Assembly (NCBI GenBank): GCA_031283895.1
Contig: JAITAV010000004.1
Coordinates: 426-64,425 of the forward strand
Source of the DNA: Puniceicoccales bacterium
GTDB taxonomy: Bacteria; Verrucomicrobiota; Verrucomicrobiia; Opitutales; UBA9783
Direction: 5' to 3'
DNA: 64,000 nt
The position numbers and the translations under genes were made by a program. The notes under the pieces are model-generated. The model was not told the origin of the DNA and did no database searches. It saw only the letters and a program-made list of their open reading frames with translations. Shown piece after piece: positions 18,209 to 26,621 of this stretch. The number at the start of each line of letters is the position of its first letter. Within the stretch, counting starts at the first letter, position 1.

Positions 18209-21200
18209 TTATAAAAGATCCTTTAATTTTTTACTAAAAAGCGTGTGAAAAAAACCAGTCTCACTCATACCCTCTCTGTATATTTTTTGAAACACCGATT
18301 CCGCCTTATCCAATGAAACTTGTATTCTGTCTTTCGCAGGGCATGGGTCTGTGAAATACTGGCATCCTATAAACCATTCGATGTCTGTTAACTTTGCATC
18401 CTCTAAGGCTAAAACTTTTAGTTCTCTTGCCATGTTTTCTAATTGCTCCTGAAGTATAGACGGTTGACCGCCACCAAAAAAACCTGTAAGTGGGCTTGCT
18501 ACATCCTCTGCTACCTTTAGTACACCCAATACGTAAAATTTCATTTTTATTTGACGCAATGCATCCAAAACATTTTTCTCATCCTTTGAACCTTGGCATT
18601 GCTCTAACTGGTCTTTTAAAGTTTGAAAATCAACATTACAGAGCTTCATCAATTGAAAATTTTTCAGCATTGCCAACCCTAATTTCTCAGTACACTTACC
18701 AGACGGCCAAATACTAAAGCAGTTATTGGCTTCTACCGTCAAATTTTTTACACTATTATAATGGTCATCAGTATTTGTTACCAATTGCTTATAATCTTCA
18801 AATTTTGCCACAAAAAGTTCTAGCGACTTTTGTAGTAACTCTTGTTCTAATGTAAGCCGTATGTCTAAAGAATCCTTTGTTTTTTGTAAAAAAGTCTTTA
18901 TGTCCTTGTCTCGTGGCACAACCAACATATTTTGCATACAGATGAGAGATCTTTTTAATTCGTTCATAATCCGTGTCTTACTAGATATCAACGTACAAAT
19001 TGATTCATTGAGATTTATCAAATCTTCATAACAATGTATCGTATGCTTTCTATCTAGCGTTTTAATTCCTTGCGTATATATTTCATTACATCTTGCGTAA
19101 ATAAGACCTACGACGTCGTTTGGTAATGGCCGCATGGACGGCGCTGGCAACTCAGGTGGGACCTTGTAACTCATCACATCTAAATACTTTGGATCTCTAA
19201 GAATTTTATCCACAGTTTTTAGAAGTTCTTTGCGACTATCACGGTTAGAGTGTGCTAAGAGTTGGATGACTTGCTTTTCCAGGCCATTGATTTGATCTTG
19301 CAGGCCTCGATTCTGAGCTTCCAAAGCACGTTTCTGATCTTCCAAGGCCTGATTCTGAGTTCGCTGATCTCCCAACTCCTGTTGTGACTGGGTCAATCGA
19401 GCTTGCAAATTAACTCTTTCGGCGATAGTTGCTTGCAATTGATCGGTAGTTGTTTGCAATTGAGTCGTAAGCGCCTGTTTCTCAGCCTCCTTAGCCTGTT
19501 TCTCAGCCTCCTTTTGAGCTACCTGAGCGTCCAAGGCCTGTTTCTGAGTTCGCTGATCTCCCAACTCCCGCTGTGACTGGGTCAATTGAGCTTCCAAATC
19601 ACCTTTTTCGGCAGTCAATCGAGCAATGTCAGCCTCCTTAGCCTTTATCTCTTGATCCTTTTGAGTTACCGTATTTTGCAAGGGTATCAGCAACTTCCAA
19701 ATTACCTTTTCCTGTTCCCGATTCAATCGAGCAATGTCATCCTCCTTTTGAGCTACCTGAGCTGTAAGCGCATTATTCTCAGCCTCCTTAGCCTGTTTCT
19801 CAGCTTCCAAGGTCTGATTCTGAGCTCGTTGATCGGTTAACCCCCGTTGTGACTGGGTCAATTGAGCTTCCAAATTACCTCTTTCGGTAGTCAACCCACG
19901 AATGTCATCCTCTTTTTGGGTCAATTGATCTGTCGACGCTTGCAATCGAGCTTCCAAATTACCTCTTTCGGCGATAGTTGTTCGCAATTGACCCCTAAGC
20001 GCATTATTCTCAGCCTCCTTAGCCTGTTTCTCAGCCTCCTTTTGAGCTACCTGAGCATCCAGGTTTCGACTGCGTGCTTGTTCATCTCTCAACCCTGTTT
20101 GAGTGTGTGTCAGCTGATCTTGAGCCTCTGTTAACCCCCGTTGTGACTGAGTCAATTGAGCTTCCAAATCATCTCTTTCGGCAGTCAATTGAGCCACCGC
20201 CGTCTCTCTTTGGGTCAATCGAGTTCCCAAATCATCTTTTTCGGCAGTCAACCCACGAATGTCATCCTCTTTTTGGGTCAATTGATCTGTCGACGCTTGC
20301 AATCGAGCTTCCAAATTACCTCTTTCGGCGATAGTTGTTCGCAATTGACCTTGAGCTGTTCGCAAGGCAGTATCCTTTTGAGCTACCTGAGCGTCCAAAG
20401 CACGGTTCTGCTGTTGAGCCTCTGCCAACCCCTGTTGTGACTGGGTCAATCGATCGGTAGTTGTTTGCAATTGAGCGTCCAGCACATTTTCCTTCGAATT
20501 CCTATGACCTTCTTCGATAAGATAAGGACGAAATTCTTTAGGTTGACTCTCCAATTCGGTTATTTTTTCTTGTAACTCTTTAATGGATGCATTTCTTGAA
20601 CTTAGTTCCGATAGCAAGCGATCCATTTGTCTGTCATCCGTAGGTTTAGCAGTCGAAATCTGTTCCTTGGGCTGTTCCTGCTTAGGTGTTTCTTTTTCTT
20701 CAATAGGCTGAATTTTATTTGACTTTGCATCTTGCTTACTTTGACTTTCCAAAGAGTTTTTAGATTGAATGGATATCTCTGGCACGAGAGTTGGAGCTGC
20801 CTCTGGCAGTTTTTGGTCCGCATGAACTAATTCGGTATTGATAAAATTTACACCCTGAGTAGGTGCGTACCTCTTGGGCATATCCAACGTATTTACGTTT
20901 TCTACGGTGATAAAAGAATCTGCTACTTTTATAATATTTGGGTATTTCGTTAACACATTACTATTCTTTAGGAGCTGCTTCAAATAAAGCTTTTTTGCCA
21001 TTTCAGAAGGTACACCAAAAACTTTTGCCATCGTTTCAACTTTCTGAAAATTACTTTGCACCACTTCCCTATCCGTGAGGCTACCCAAAGCTCTCATTGC
21101 AGTCACAAAACTCACCGCTTCCTTATATTCATTAGGAATTATGTGCAGATTTTCATTTAACCGAGAAAGTAACTCGCTGGCCGTTAAATGCCTATCTCTA

Positions 21201-21430
21201 GTTACGAGATTCACCAAAGTAGCCCACATGCCGCCAGTTTTTGATCTGGCAACGTCTTCCACAAATTGCCTATACATAGTTTGCTTATGTTCCGCAGTTG
21301 CTTCACCAAAACTTTTAGCCCAGCCTATTGGATCTTCAGTTATCGAAACGTAAGCTTCCGCAGTGCAATACATCACACTCAAACACAAAAATGTAAGTAA
21401 ACATTTAAGGAAACGACACCGAATAAGCAT
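18209..21430 (-). CDS. large exported coiled-coil repeat protein
   Basis: 1073 aa. Signal peptide 'MLIRCRFLKCLLTFLCLSVMYCTAEA|Y'. A central region of about 470 aa is Q/E/A/L/T-rich heptad-like sequence with repeated modules (LEAQLTQSQRGLT x3, AEKQAKEAE x3, and a 35-aa block GQLRTTIAERGNLEARLQASTDQLTQKEDDIRGLT x2). It is flanked by non-repetitive N- and C-terminal domains. Confidence 0.85.
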   Translation of the reverse strand: MLIRCRFLKCLLTFLCLSVMYCTAEAYVSITEDPIGWAKSFGEATAEHKQTMYRQFVEDVARSKTGGMWATLVNLVTRDRHLTASELLSRLNENLHIIPNEYKEAVSFVTAMRALGSLTDREVVQSNFQKVETMAKVFGVPSEMAKKLYLKQLLKNSNVLTKYPNIIKVADSFITVENVNTLDMPKRYAPTQGVNFINTELVHADQKLPEAAPTLVPEISIQSKNSLESQSKQDAKSNKIQPIEEKETPKQEQPKEQISTAKPTDDRQMDRLLSELSSRNASIKELQEKITELESQPKEFRPYLIEEGHRNSKENVLDAQLQTTTDRLTQSQQGLAEAQQQNRALDAQVAQKDTALRTAQGQLRTTIAERGNLEARLQASTDQLTQKEDDIRGLTAEKDDLGTRLTQRETAVAQLTAERDDLEAQLTQSQRGLTEAQDQLTHTQTGLRDEQARSRNLDAQVAQKEAEKQAKEAENNALRGQLRTTIAERGNLEARLQASTDQLTQKEDDIRGLTTERGNLEAQLTQSQRGLTDQRAQNQTLEAEKQAKEAENNALTAQVAQKEDDIARLNREQEKVIWKLLIPLQNTVTQKDQEIKAKEADIARLTAEKGDLEAQLTQSQRELGDQRTQKQALDAQVAQKEAEKQAKEAEKQALTTQLQTTTDQLQATIAERVNLQARLTQSQQELGDQRTQNQALEDQKRALEAQNRGLQDQINGLEKQVIQLLAHSNRDSRKELLKTVDKILRDPKYLDVMSYKVPPELPAPSMRPLPNDVVGLIYARCNEIYTQGIKTLDRKHTIHCYEDLINLNESICTLISSKTRIMNELKRSLICMQNMLVVPRDKDIKTFLQKTKDSLDIRLTLEQELLQKSLELFVAKFEDYKQLVTNTDDHYNSVKNLTVEANNCFSIWPSGKCTEKLGLAMLKNFQLMKLCNVDFQTLKDQLEQCQGSKDEKNVLDALRQIKMKFYVLGVLKVAEDVASPLTGFFGGGQPSILQEQLENMARELKVLALEDAKLTDIEWFIGCQYFTDPCPAKDRIQVSLDKAESVFQKIYREGMSETGFFHTLFSKKLKDLL
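19270..20470 (-). repeat. in-frame tandem/dispersed DNA repeats inside the coiled-coil gene
   Basis: 19891-19993 is identical base-for-base to 20248-20350 (103 nt, offset 357 nt = 119 codons), with diverged flanks extending the homology. Shorter modules recur near 19481/19776/20010 (ctcagcctccttagcctgtttctcagc) and near 19570/19843/20135 (ccgttgtgactgggtcaattgagcttccaaat). Region boundaries are approximate. Confidence 0.9.
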
Positions 21431-21579
21431 AAAAACAACTGCCTACCAACTTGGCTAAACACAAATATTTTTCAAGAGAAAATTTTACTAAAAGAAACAT
21501 AAAACATAATTACGTCAAATACAATTTTATTATATATTGCCATTGACACACAAAGGTCAACTTTTTAAAATGTGTCGCC

Positions 21580-22044
21580 ATGGTTGAGTTTTCTGATTTT
21601 ATTGCTGCCTATGGAAAAGAGGTTGGACTTTCCGATTTACAATTAAACCAAGACAATCTTTGTTCTCTGAATTTTGATTCTAAGATCAACGTAGATATTG
21701 TTTTTAGAAAAGAACAGGATCAATGCATTTTTGCTTCAAAAATAGGTGAGATCCCTTTAGACAATAGAGAAATATTTTTTAAAGAACTACTCAAAGCAAA
21801 TGCTTTTGGAATCGAAACCGCAGGTGCTAGTTTAGGAATTGACGAAGAAAACGATTCTATTGTCCTCAGTTATATTTTTATTACTCAATCATTCGTCTAC
21901 GAGCTATTCAAAACAGTGCTCAACAATTTTGTTGACTTGGTGGAAAAATGGATGCAAAAGCTTGAAGATTTAGAGAAAGTTAACGATTTAACTACGGACA
22001 ATGATATGCCTTTTTCTACCCCTGCCAATTTTATTCACGCTTAA
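21580..22044 (+). CDS. class I type III secretion chaperone (CesT/SycE/Slc1-type)
   Basis: 154 aa and strongly acidic (27 D/E vs 12 K/R by my count). The N-terminal pattern 'FSDFIAAYGKEVGLSDLQLNQDNLCSLNFDSKINVDIVF...CIFASKIGEIP' is the canonical CesT-family beta1-beta3 layout. Sits between two candidate substrates. Confidence 0.65.
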   Translation: MVEFSDFIAAYGKEVGLSDLQLNQDNLCSLNFDSKINVDIVFRKEQDQCIFASKIGEIPLDNREIFFKELLKANAFGIETAGASLGIDEENDSIVLSYIFITQSFVYELFKTVLNNFVDLVEKWMQKLEDLEKVNDLTTDNDMPFSTPANFIHA

Positions 22045-22095
22045 CTTCATTTTTAAACGAAAGATTTCCGAATTAAATAAGTATTACAACGCAAA

Positions 22096-22120
22096 AAAGA
22101 GGTATAGAGTTTGCCTCTTT
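22096..22120 (-). terminator. rho-independent terminator in the convergent gap (mainly minus strand)
   Basis: Stem aaagagg (22096-22102) pairs with cctcttt (22114-22120), with an 11-nt loop. On the minus strand the hairpin runs into six U (complement of the A-run 22093-22098). Confidence 0.55.
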
Positions 22121-22143
22121 CGTATGGCATAAAGTAATTAGAA

Positions 22144-23250
22144 TTAATTGTCTTTGGAGTATTCCTCTTTAACAGACTGTGCTGACCGTTCCGACGCAAC
22201 CTTTTCGAATTGAATTCTCTCTTGTTCTATAATTTCCTTTCTCGTTTGCACCGCATTCCCCAAAACACCCCCTTCACGCAAACGTTTTAACTGTGGATTG
22301 GCCTCTTGTTTTAAAAGAGCTTCACTGGCCTTTATTTCTATCTCTAGTTCTTTGTACCGATTGGATTCCATCAATACCTTTGTAGATAAAGAAAGTGCCT
22401 GTTGTTCCCTTTTTTTAACGGCATAATCCTGTTGTTGATAACTTGAACCCAAGCCATTTAACATGTCCACAAAAGATCTAGCATTACTTTCCGTTAAAGT
22501 ACCAAAGGTATTTAAAGATTGCATTAGATTTGCATACAACGATTCCAATTTCGACCCATACTCTGAAGAATTGTAATCTTCTGTTAATTCACCTATGTAA
22601 GCCGATCTTTGTGCAAGACTTATAGCTCCTTCAGTGTTTCCACAGATAATCCCTAACAACTGACCTAATTTGTCCTGATCATCTTGGCCAGCGGCACCAA
22701 TAACCTCCTGCAATCCTTGTCTTAATGCCTGAATTAAAGAAGGATCGATGCTGTGAGGGGTACTCGAGAAATTTTCAAGTTCTATGGACAGCGACAATGT
22801 TTGCCTTAGATTTTTTGCCTGTGCACCGGTAATCGGTTGATCCGAATTTAAAACAGCTATTATACTATCGTAATTATTTTTAACTTCTGAATTATTACCA
22901 CCGTAATTACCAAAATCTCCCTCTAATTGGCTCAAAAAAGCTGCCCTGTCAGCGATACTCATAGCTCCTGTTTGAGGATTACCTTTTATCAAAGCAATTA
23001 ACTTACTCATCAATTCTTCAATTAAAGCCTCTTCGGCAGCAGAATCTATTAAATTCTTTAATGTTTCCAATGCAGTCTTCAAATTTTGAGTAAATTCGTT
23101 GCTCACATAACGCGCATTGGAATTATTTTGCGTGAAATCATTCAACAAGGTAGAAAGCTCATCGTGCTGAGTGCTTGCATTTCTTAAATATTCGGAAACT
23201 TCACCTGTTTGACCGGTTTGGTCTGTATTAGAAACATCGCTTACTGACAT
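22144..23250 (-). CDS. hypothetical protein, candidate T3S substrate with internal duplication and C-terminal coiled coil
   Basis: 368 aa with ATG start. The N-terminus is Ser/Thr/Asn/Gln-rich and non-hydrophobic ('MSVSDVSNTDQTGQTGEVSEY'). Two modules of about 100 aa align: 'LIALIKGNPQTGAMSIADRAAFLSQLEGDFGNYG' vs 'LLGIICGNTEGAISLAQRSAYIGELTEDYNSSEYG'. Convergent with the chaperone gene. Confidence 0.6.
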   Translation of the reverse strand: MSVSDVSNTDQTGQTGEVSEYLRNASTQHDELSTLLNDFTQNNSNARYVSNEFTQNLKTALETLKNLIDSAAEEALIEELMSKLIALIKGNPQTGAMSIADRAAFLSQLEGDFGNYGGNNSEVKNNYDSIIAVLNSDQPITGAQAKNLRQTLSLSIELENFSSTPHSIDPSLIQALRQGLQEVIGAAGQDDQDKLGQLLGIICGNTEGAISLAQRSAYIGELTEDYNSSEYGSKLESLYANLMQSLNTFGTLTESNARSFVDMLNGLGSSYQQQDYAVKKREQQALSLSTKVLMESNRYKELEIEIKASEALLKQEANPQLKRLREGGVLGNAVQTRKEIIEQERIQFEKVASERSAQSVKEEYSKDN

Positions 23251-23384
23251 ACCATCGAAGAAAGCTAAAATCGTGCCAAATATGTAATATAATAGCGATT
23301 AAATTTCGTCCTTAACAGACGTTTTGCTACTTTTTAACTTGAAAGAGAAGAAAACTTATTGTTACAATATCTAGTGCACGTTGT

Positions 23385-24746
23385 ATGAAATTAAGTCACT
23401 ACATTGAAAATAGTTCCATGATTGATATACAGAGTACCACTTTTAAAGGTGCTCTTGAGGAATTAATGCAGTGTTACCCGCTTAAAAAAAAACGAAACCT
23501 TGCTACTTTGGTCGAAGAGTTACTGATTCAAGAAAATACAGTGTCCAGTTATTTGGGCCAAGGGATTGCTTTGCCTCATTTAAAAATACCCATGCAAAAA
23601 GCCTATGTATTCGCATTTGGACGTGTACGTACACCTTTGCAAGATGTAACCATCAATGGTAGCGAAAGTATCCGTCTCATTGTTTTATTTCTAGCTTCTT
23701 CTAAAACGGAAAATTATCTGACAACATTGGCTTCATTAGCTAAGATATTGCAGTCAACTGAATTAACGCATCATATAAATGATATTTCTTTAGAAGAACT
23801 TCGTTTCAGAATTTTAGATGCATTTAAAACAGTGCAAATTAGATCTGCCAAAACAAATGATCGCTTTAACCGATTAATGCTGCGAGAATCTTTAAAAATT
23901 GCCAAAGCCGGTAATTGCTCCGCTTTATTTCTATTTGTAGATACTTTCTTCAATACCACCCGTTTTGTTAAAGAATTAAACCCTGATTTGAAAGTGATAA
24001 CCGTTACGCATAAAGCATCGGAAGTTGCGCAAAAAGACTCCACCTACATCTTACCTGTCCAACTTTTTTCTAATGGTCGGTTAACGCAATTGCGAAGTGC
24101 CATCCTACTGGGTATTATGCACAAGTGTATACGACACAATGAAAAGATTTGCTGTATAGGCGGTATCCCCAATAGTAATCGGTTGGATACCGTGCTTATC
24201 ATTGACGTCAACAGAGAAATCCAGTCACTCTTTTCTAATCAGGCCGACATTCTCCCTAAAAATGTGCAACCCGAAGTCTTTGAAAAATTACTTTCTATTG
24301 CAACCGAATTGGCCGTTGAAGGCAGGGAAGGAAAACCTGTGGGTTGCCTTTTTATACTTGGAGATGTTCAAGAACTGGCGCCGTACGTGTATCCACTCAT
24401 TTTGAATCCATTTCACGGCTACAAAGAAGAAGATCGCAATTTACTCAATCCATTTATTGAAGAGACCATCAAAGAGTATTCTCTGCTGGATGGTGCTTTT
24501 GTCATTGGTGGCAACGGTATTTTGGAAAGTGCAGGCAGTCTCATTCATACCAAAGACCAAATCTCTTTGCCCAGCGGCTTTGGTACGCGGCACTCTGCAG
24601 CTTTAGCTATTTCCAATACGGTTGACTGTATCGCATTAACCGTTTCTGCAAGCAATGGGCAAGTAACGCTCTTCAGAAAAGGCAAAATGTTACCACTCAT
24701 TGAAAAAGGTATTGGTCACACGCATTCTGTTTACCTTGTTAAATAA
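23385..24746 (+). CDS. three-domain protein: PTS EIIA type-2 (Ntr/fructose class) + PK_C-like linker domain + DisA_N/DAC diadenylate cyclase domain
   Basis: 453 aa. N-terminal 'ENTVSSYLGQGIALPHLKIP...RLIVLFLASSKTENYLTTLASLAKIL' matches EIIA-2, including the phospho-His loop. The middle 'NCSALFLFVDT...VITVTHK...ILPVQ' resembles the pyruvate-kinase C-terminal-like domain seen in CdaZ-type cyclases. C-terminal 'GREGKPVGCLFILG', 'LLDGAFVIGGNG' and 'GFGTRHSAALAIS' match DAC motifs (DGA and RHR, here RHS). Confidence 0.75.
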   Translation: MKLSHYIENSSMIDIQSTTFKGALEELMQCYPLKKKRNLATLVEELLIQENTVSSYLGQGIALPHLKIPMQKAYVFAFGRVRTPLQDVTINGSESIRLIVLFLASSKTENYLTTLASLAKILQSTELTHHINDISLEELRFRILDAFKTVQIRSAKTNDRFNRLMLRESLKIAKAGNCSALFLFVDTFFNTTRFVKELNPDLKVITVTHKASEVAQKDSTYILPVQLFSNGRLTQLRSAILLGIMHKCIRHNEKICCIGGIPNSNRLDTVLIIDVNREIQSLFSNQADILPKNVQPEVFEKLLSIATELAVEGREGKPVGCLFILGDVQELAPYVYPLILNPFHGYKEEDRNLLNPFIEETIKEYSLLDGAFVIGGNGILESAGSLIHTKDQISLPSGFGTRHSAALAISNTVDCIALTVSASNGQVTLFRKGKMLPLIEKGIGHTHSVYLVK

Positions 24747-24795
24747 AAATTTTGCCAAATTATAATCCCGCGTTAGTTTCAATTACCATTCTTAT

Positions 24796-25548
24796 ATGAC
24801 GCTTACGCTAAAAGTTTTGGGAAGTAGTAGCTCCGGTAACTGCGGATTACTTATACATCAAGACAAATATTATCTCATTGACGCTGGATTTTCGAGCAGA
24901 CGTATCCTACAGCTACTGAAAACTTATCGTATTACTTTGAGCAATCTATCTGGGGTTTTTATTACGCACGAACATCAAGATCACATTGTTGGCTTAAAAA
25001 TATTAACGAAACAACCGCATTTAAATTTTTATGCAAATTTTGCAACATTCAGTGCCATTAAAAAGAAACACGACATAAAAGGTCTTTGGAAAATCTTTAA
25101 AACGGGGCAATTTTTCGATATTGATCCTTCATTATCCGTAAAAACTTTTCCTGTGCCTCACGATGCTGCAGAACCCGTAGGGTTTTTATTCAAAACCTGT
25201 AATTATAATTGCGCCTGGGCAACAGATTTAGGGCATATCACGCAAGACATTTATCAATCCATAATGGAAGCTCAGGATATTGTTTTCGAAGCTAATCATG
25301 ATGAAGTGCTCGTTCGCAATCACCCAACGCGCCCTTCGTATATTAAAGAGCGAATACTTGGGCCCCTAGGCCATCTGTCGAACAAAGCCGCTTTCGACTT
25401 CATCAAAAATAACCGCGGTCCCTGGAAAAATATCTGTCTGGCTCACCTAAGCAAAGACTGTAATTCGTGCGAAATTGTAAAGCAGTTATTCCAACCACTT
25501 GCCAATGCGTATGGGTTTAAATTGACGATTGTAGATCCTACAGCTTAA
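24796..25548 (+). CDS. MBL-fold metallo-hydrolase (YycJ/WalJ-like)
   Basis: 'LKVLGSSSSGNCGLLIHQDKYYLIDAGFS' and 'FITHEHQDHIVGL' (HxHxDH). 250 aa, 49 nt downstream of the DAC gene. Confidence 0.8.
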   Translation: MTLTLKVLGSSSSGNCGLLIHQDKYYLIDAGFSSRRILQLLKTYRITLSNLSGVFITHEHQDHIVGLKILTKQPHLNFYANFATFSAIKKKHDIKGLWKIFKTGQFFDIDPSLSVKTFPVPHDAAEPVGFLFKTCNYNCAWATDLGHITQDIYQSIMEAQDIVFEANHDEVLVRNHPTRPSYIKERILGPLGHLSNKAAFDFIKNNRGPWKNICLAHLSKDCNSCEIVKQLFQPLANAYGFKLTIVDPTA

Positions 25549-25571
25549 AAATTTGCACAAAATTTACAACT

Positions 25572-25610
25572 AAAGTCTTAAGAAATGTGATATTTTAAAA
25601 GACTTTTTAA
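25572..25610 (+). terminator. AT-rich hairpin plus T-run after the MBL gene (weak terminator candidate)
   Basis: aaagtctt (25572-25579) pairs with aagacttt (25599-25606), with an 19-nt loop, followed by tt. Confidence 0.35.
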
Positions 25611-25699
25611 ACGGTATATATAAGCATTTCCTTTTTAAGAGCTACGGTTGCGTTTAATACGTTTTTATAAAAATATATAAATTTTATTGATATTGGAAT

Positions 25700-26473
25700 A
25701 TGATATGCTATTGCCTTACAAAAATTATGAAAGCAAAACTACTATGGATGTTCATATTAACGACAAGCGCACACCATGCCCTTTGTGACTTTTTAGGATT
25801 TGGGAGAATGTACGAACGTTACGATTTTGAGGATATGCGTGTACAAACATATACGTATCCATTTCCACTTATTTTTTATTACAAACAAGGCGGAGATACC
25901 TCTGAACGATCTGATTTCAGAATTAGAGATGTTGTATTAACTTTCAATAATCTCCCAGATAATATTCAAACACTTTTACAAAGTAAAAATATTCCGGTAG
26001 AAGATATTCAGGTATTCGAAGCGTATGCAAAACTCAAACAAGCAGAATGCAATTATTTTACCCACACATGGGCCATGGATGTTATGACCAACAATCGGTC
26101 GGCTGTGGTAGACAGTGGCATTTTTGGAGCATTTAATTTGGAAGCCGTCAATGGGGAGATAGGCATTGGGAGCCTCGTTCCCCAAACAATGTCTTTTCAC
26201 GATAAAACCTATTTAAGTGGTCAAGGAGGAAAGTCGGCAAGGTTTAAAGTTAAGGACGTTAATCAATTGTCAGGGGGTTGGTTTGTTTCCGTCTACGATC
26301 CTACGCATGCAGCGAACCAATCCAATGGTAACATAGAAGGACAACGGCCGAGAGCCATCGTCGTAAAATGGACAATTATTCCATTACTTTGGTTTACGGA
26401 GTGCCCTGATTTAACATTGTCTCCTTACCCAGTATTTACATGGGATAGCGATCCAGTGAATGAAGTATTGTAA
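25700..26473 (+). CDS. hypothetical exported protein
   Basis: 257 aa. Signal peptide if started at ATG 25727 ('MKAKLLWMFILTTSAHHA|L'). No recognisable family. Confidence 0.6.
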   Translation: MICYCLTKIMKAKLLWMFILTTSAHHALCDFLGFGRMYERYDFEDMRVQTYTYPFPLIFYYKQGGDTSERSDFRIRDVVLTFNNLPDNIQTLLQSKNIPVEDIQVFEAYAKLKQAECNYFTHTWAMDVMTNNRSAVVDSGIFGAFNLEAVNGEIGIGSLVPQTMSFHDKTYLSGQGGKSARFKVKDVNQLSGGWFVSVYDPTHAANQSNGNIEGQRPRAIVVKWTIIPLLWFTECPDLTLSPYPVFTWDSDPVNEVL

Positions 26474-26621
26474 ATAATCTAGAAACCTTTTCGATGAGTT
26501 TGAAAAATTAATCCACTGTATTCCAACTACCATACAATTGTAAAACTCAACAACGGTATTTAAGTTACTCAAGGTGAACGTTTCTAGGGAAATGTTTGCC
26601 TACATCACACTTCTAATAATC

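Noticed and set aside
19586-20440. Four plus-strand ORFs (84-94 aa) with mutually similar sequences ('MSFQITSFGSQ...').
   Set aside because: They are the antisense reading of the coiled-coil repeats. Their similarity only mirrors the DNA repeats, and the sense frame encodes a continuous 1073-aa protein with signal peptide.
26479-26588. 8-9-nt inverted repeat (ctagaaac ... gtttctag) about 100 nt apart in the convergent gap after 25700-26473.
   Set aside because: It is short, AT-rich and widely spaced, so it is expected by chance. It has no T-run and no mobile-element features.
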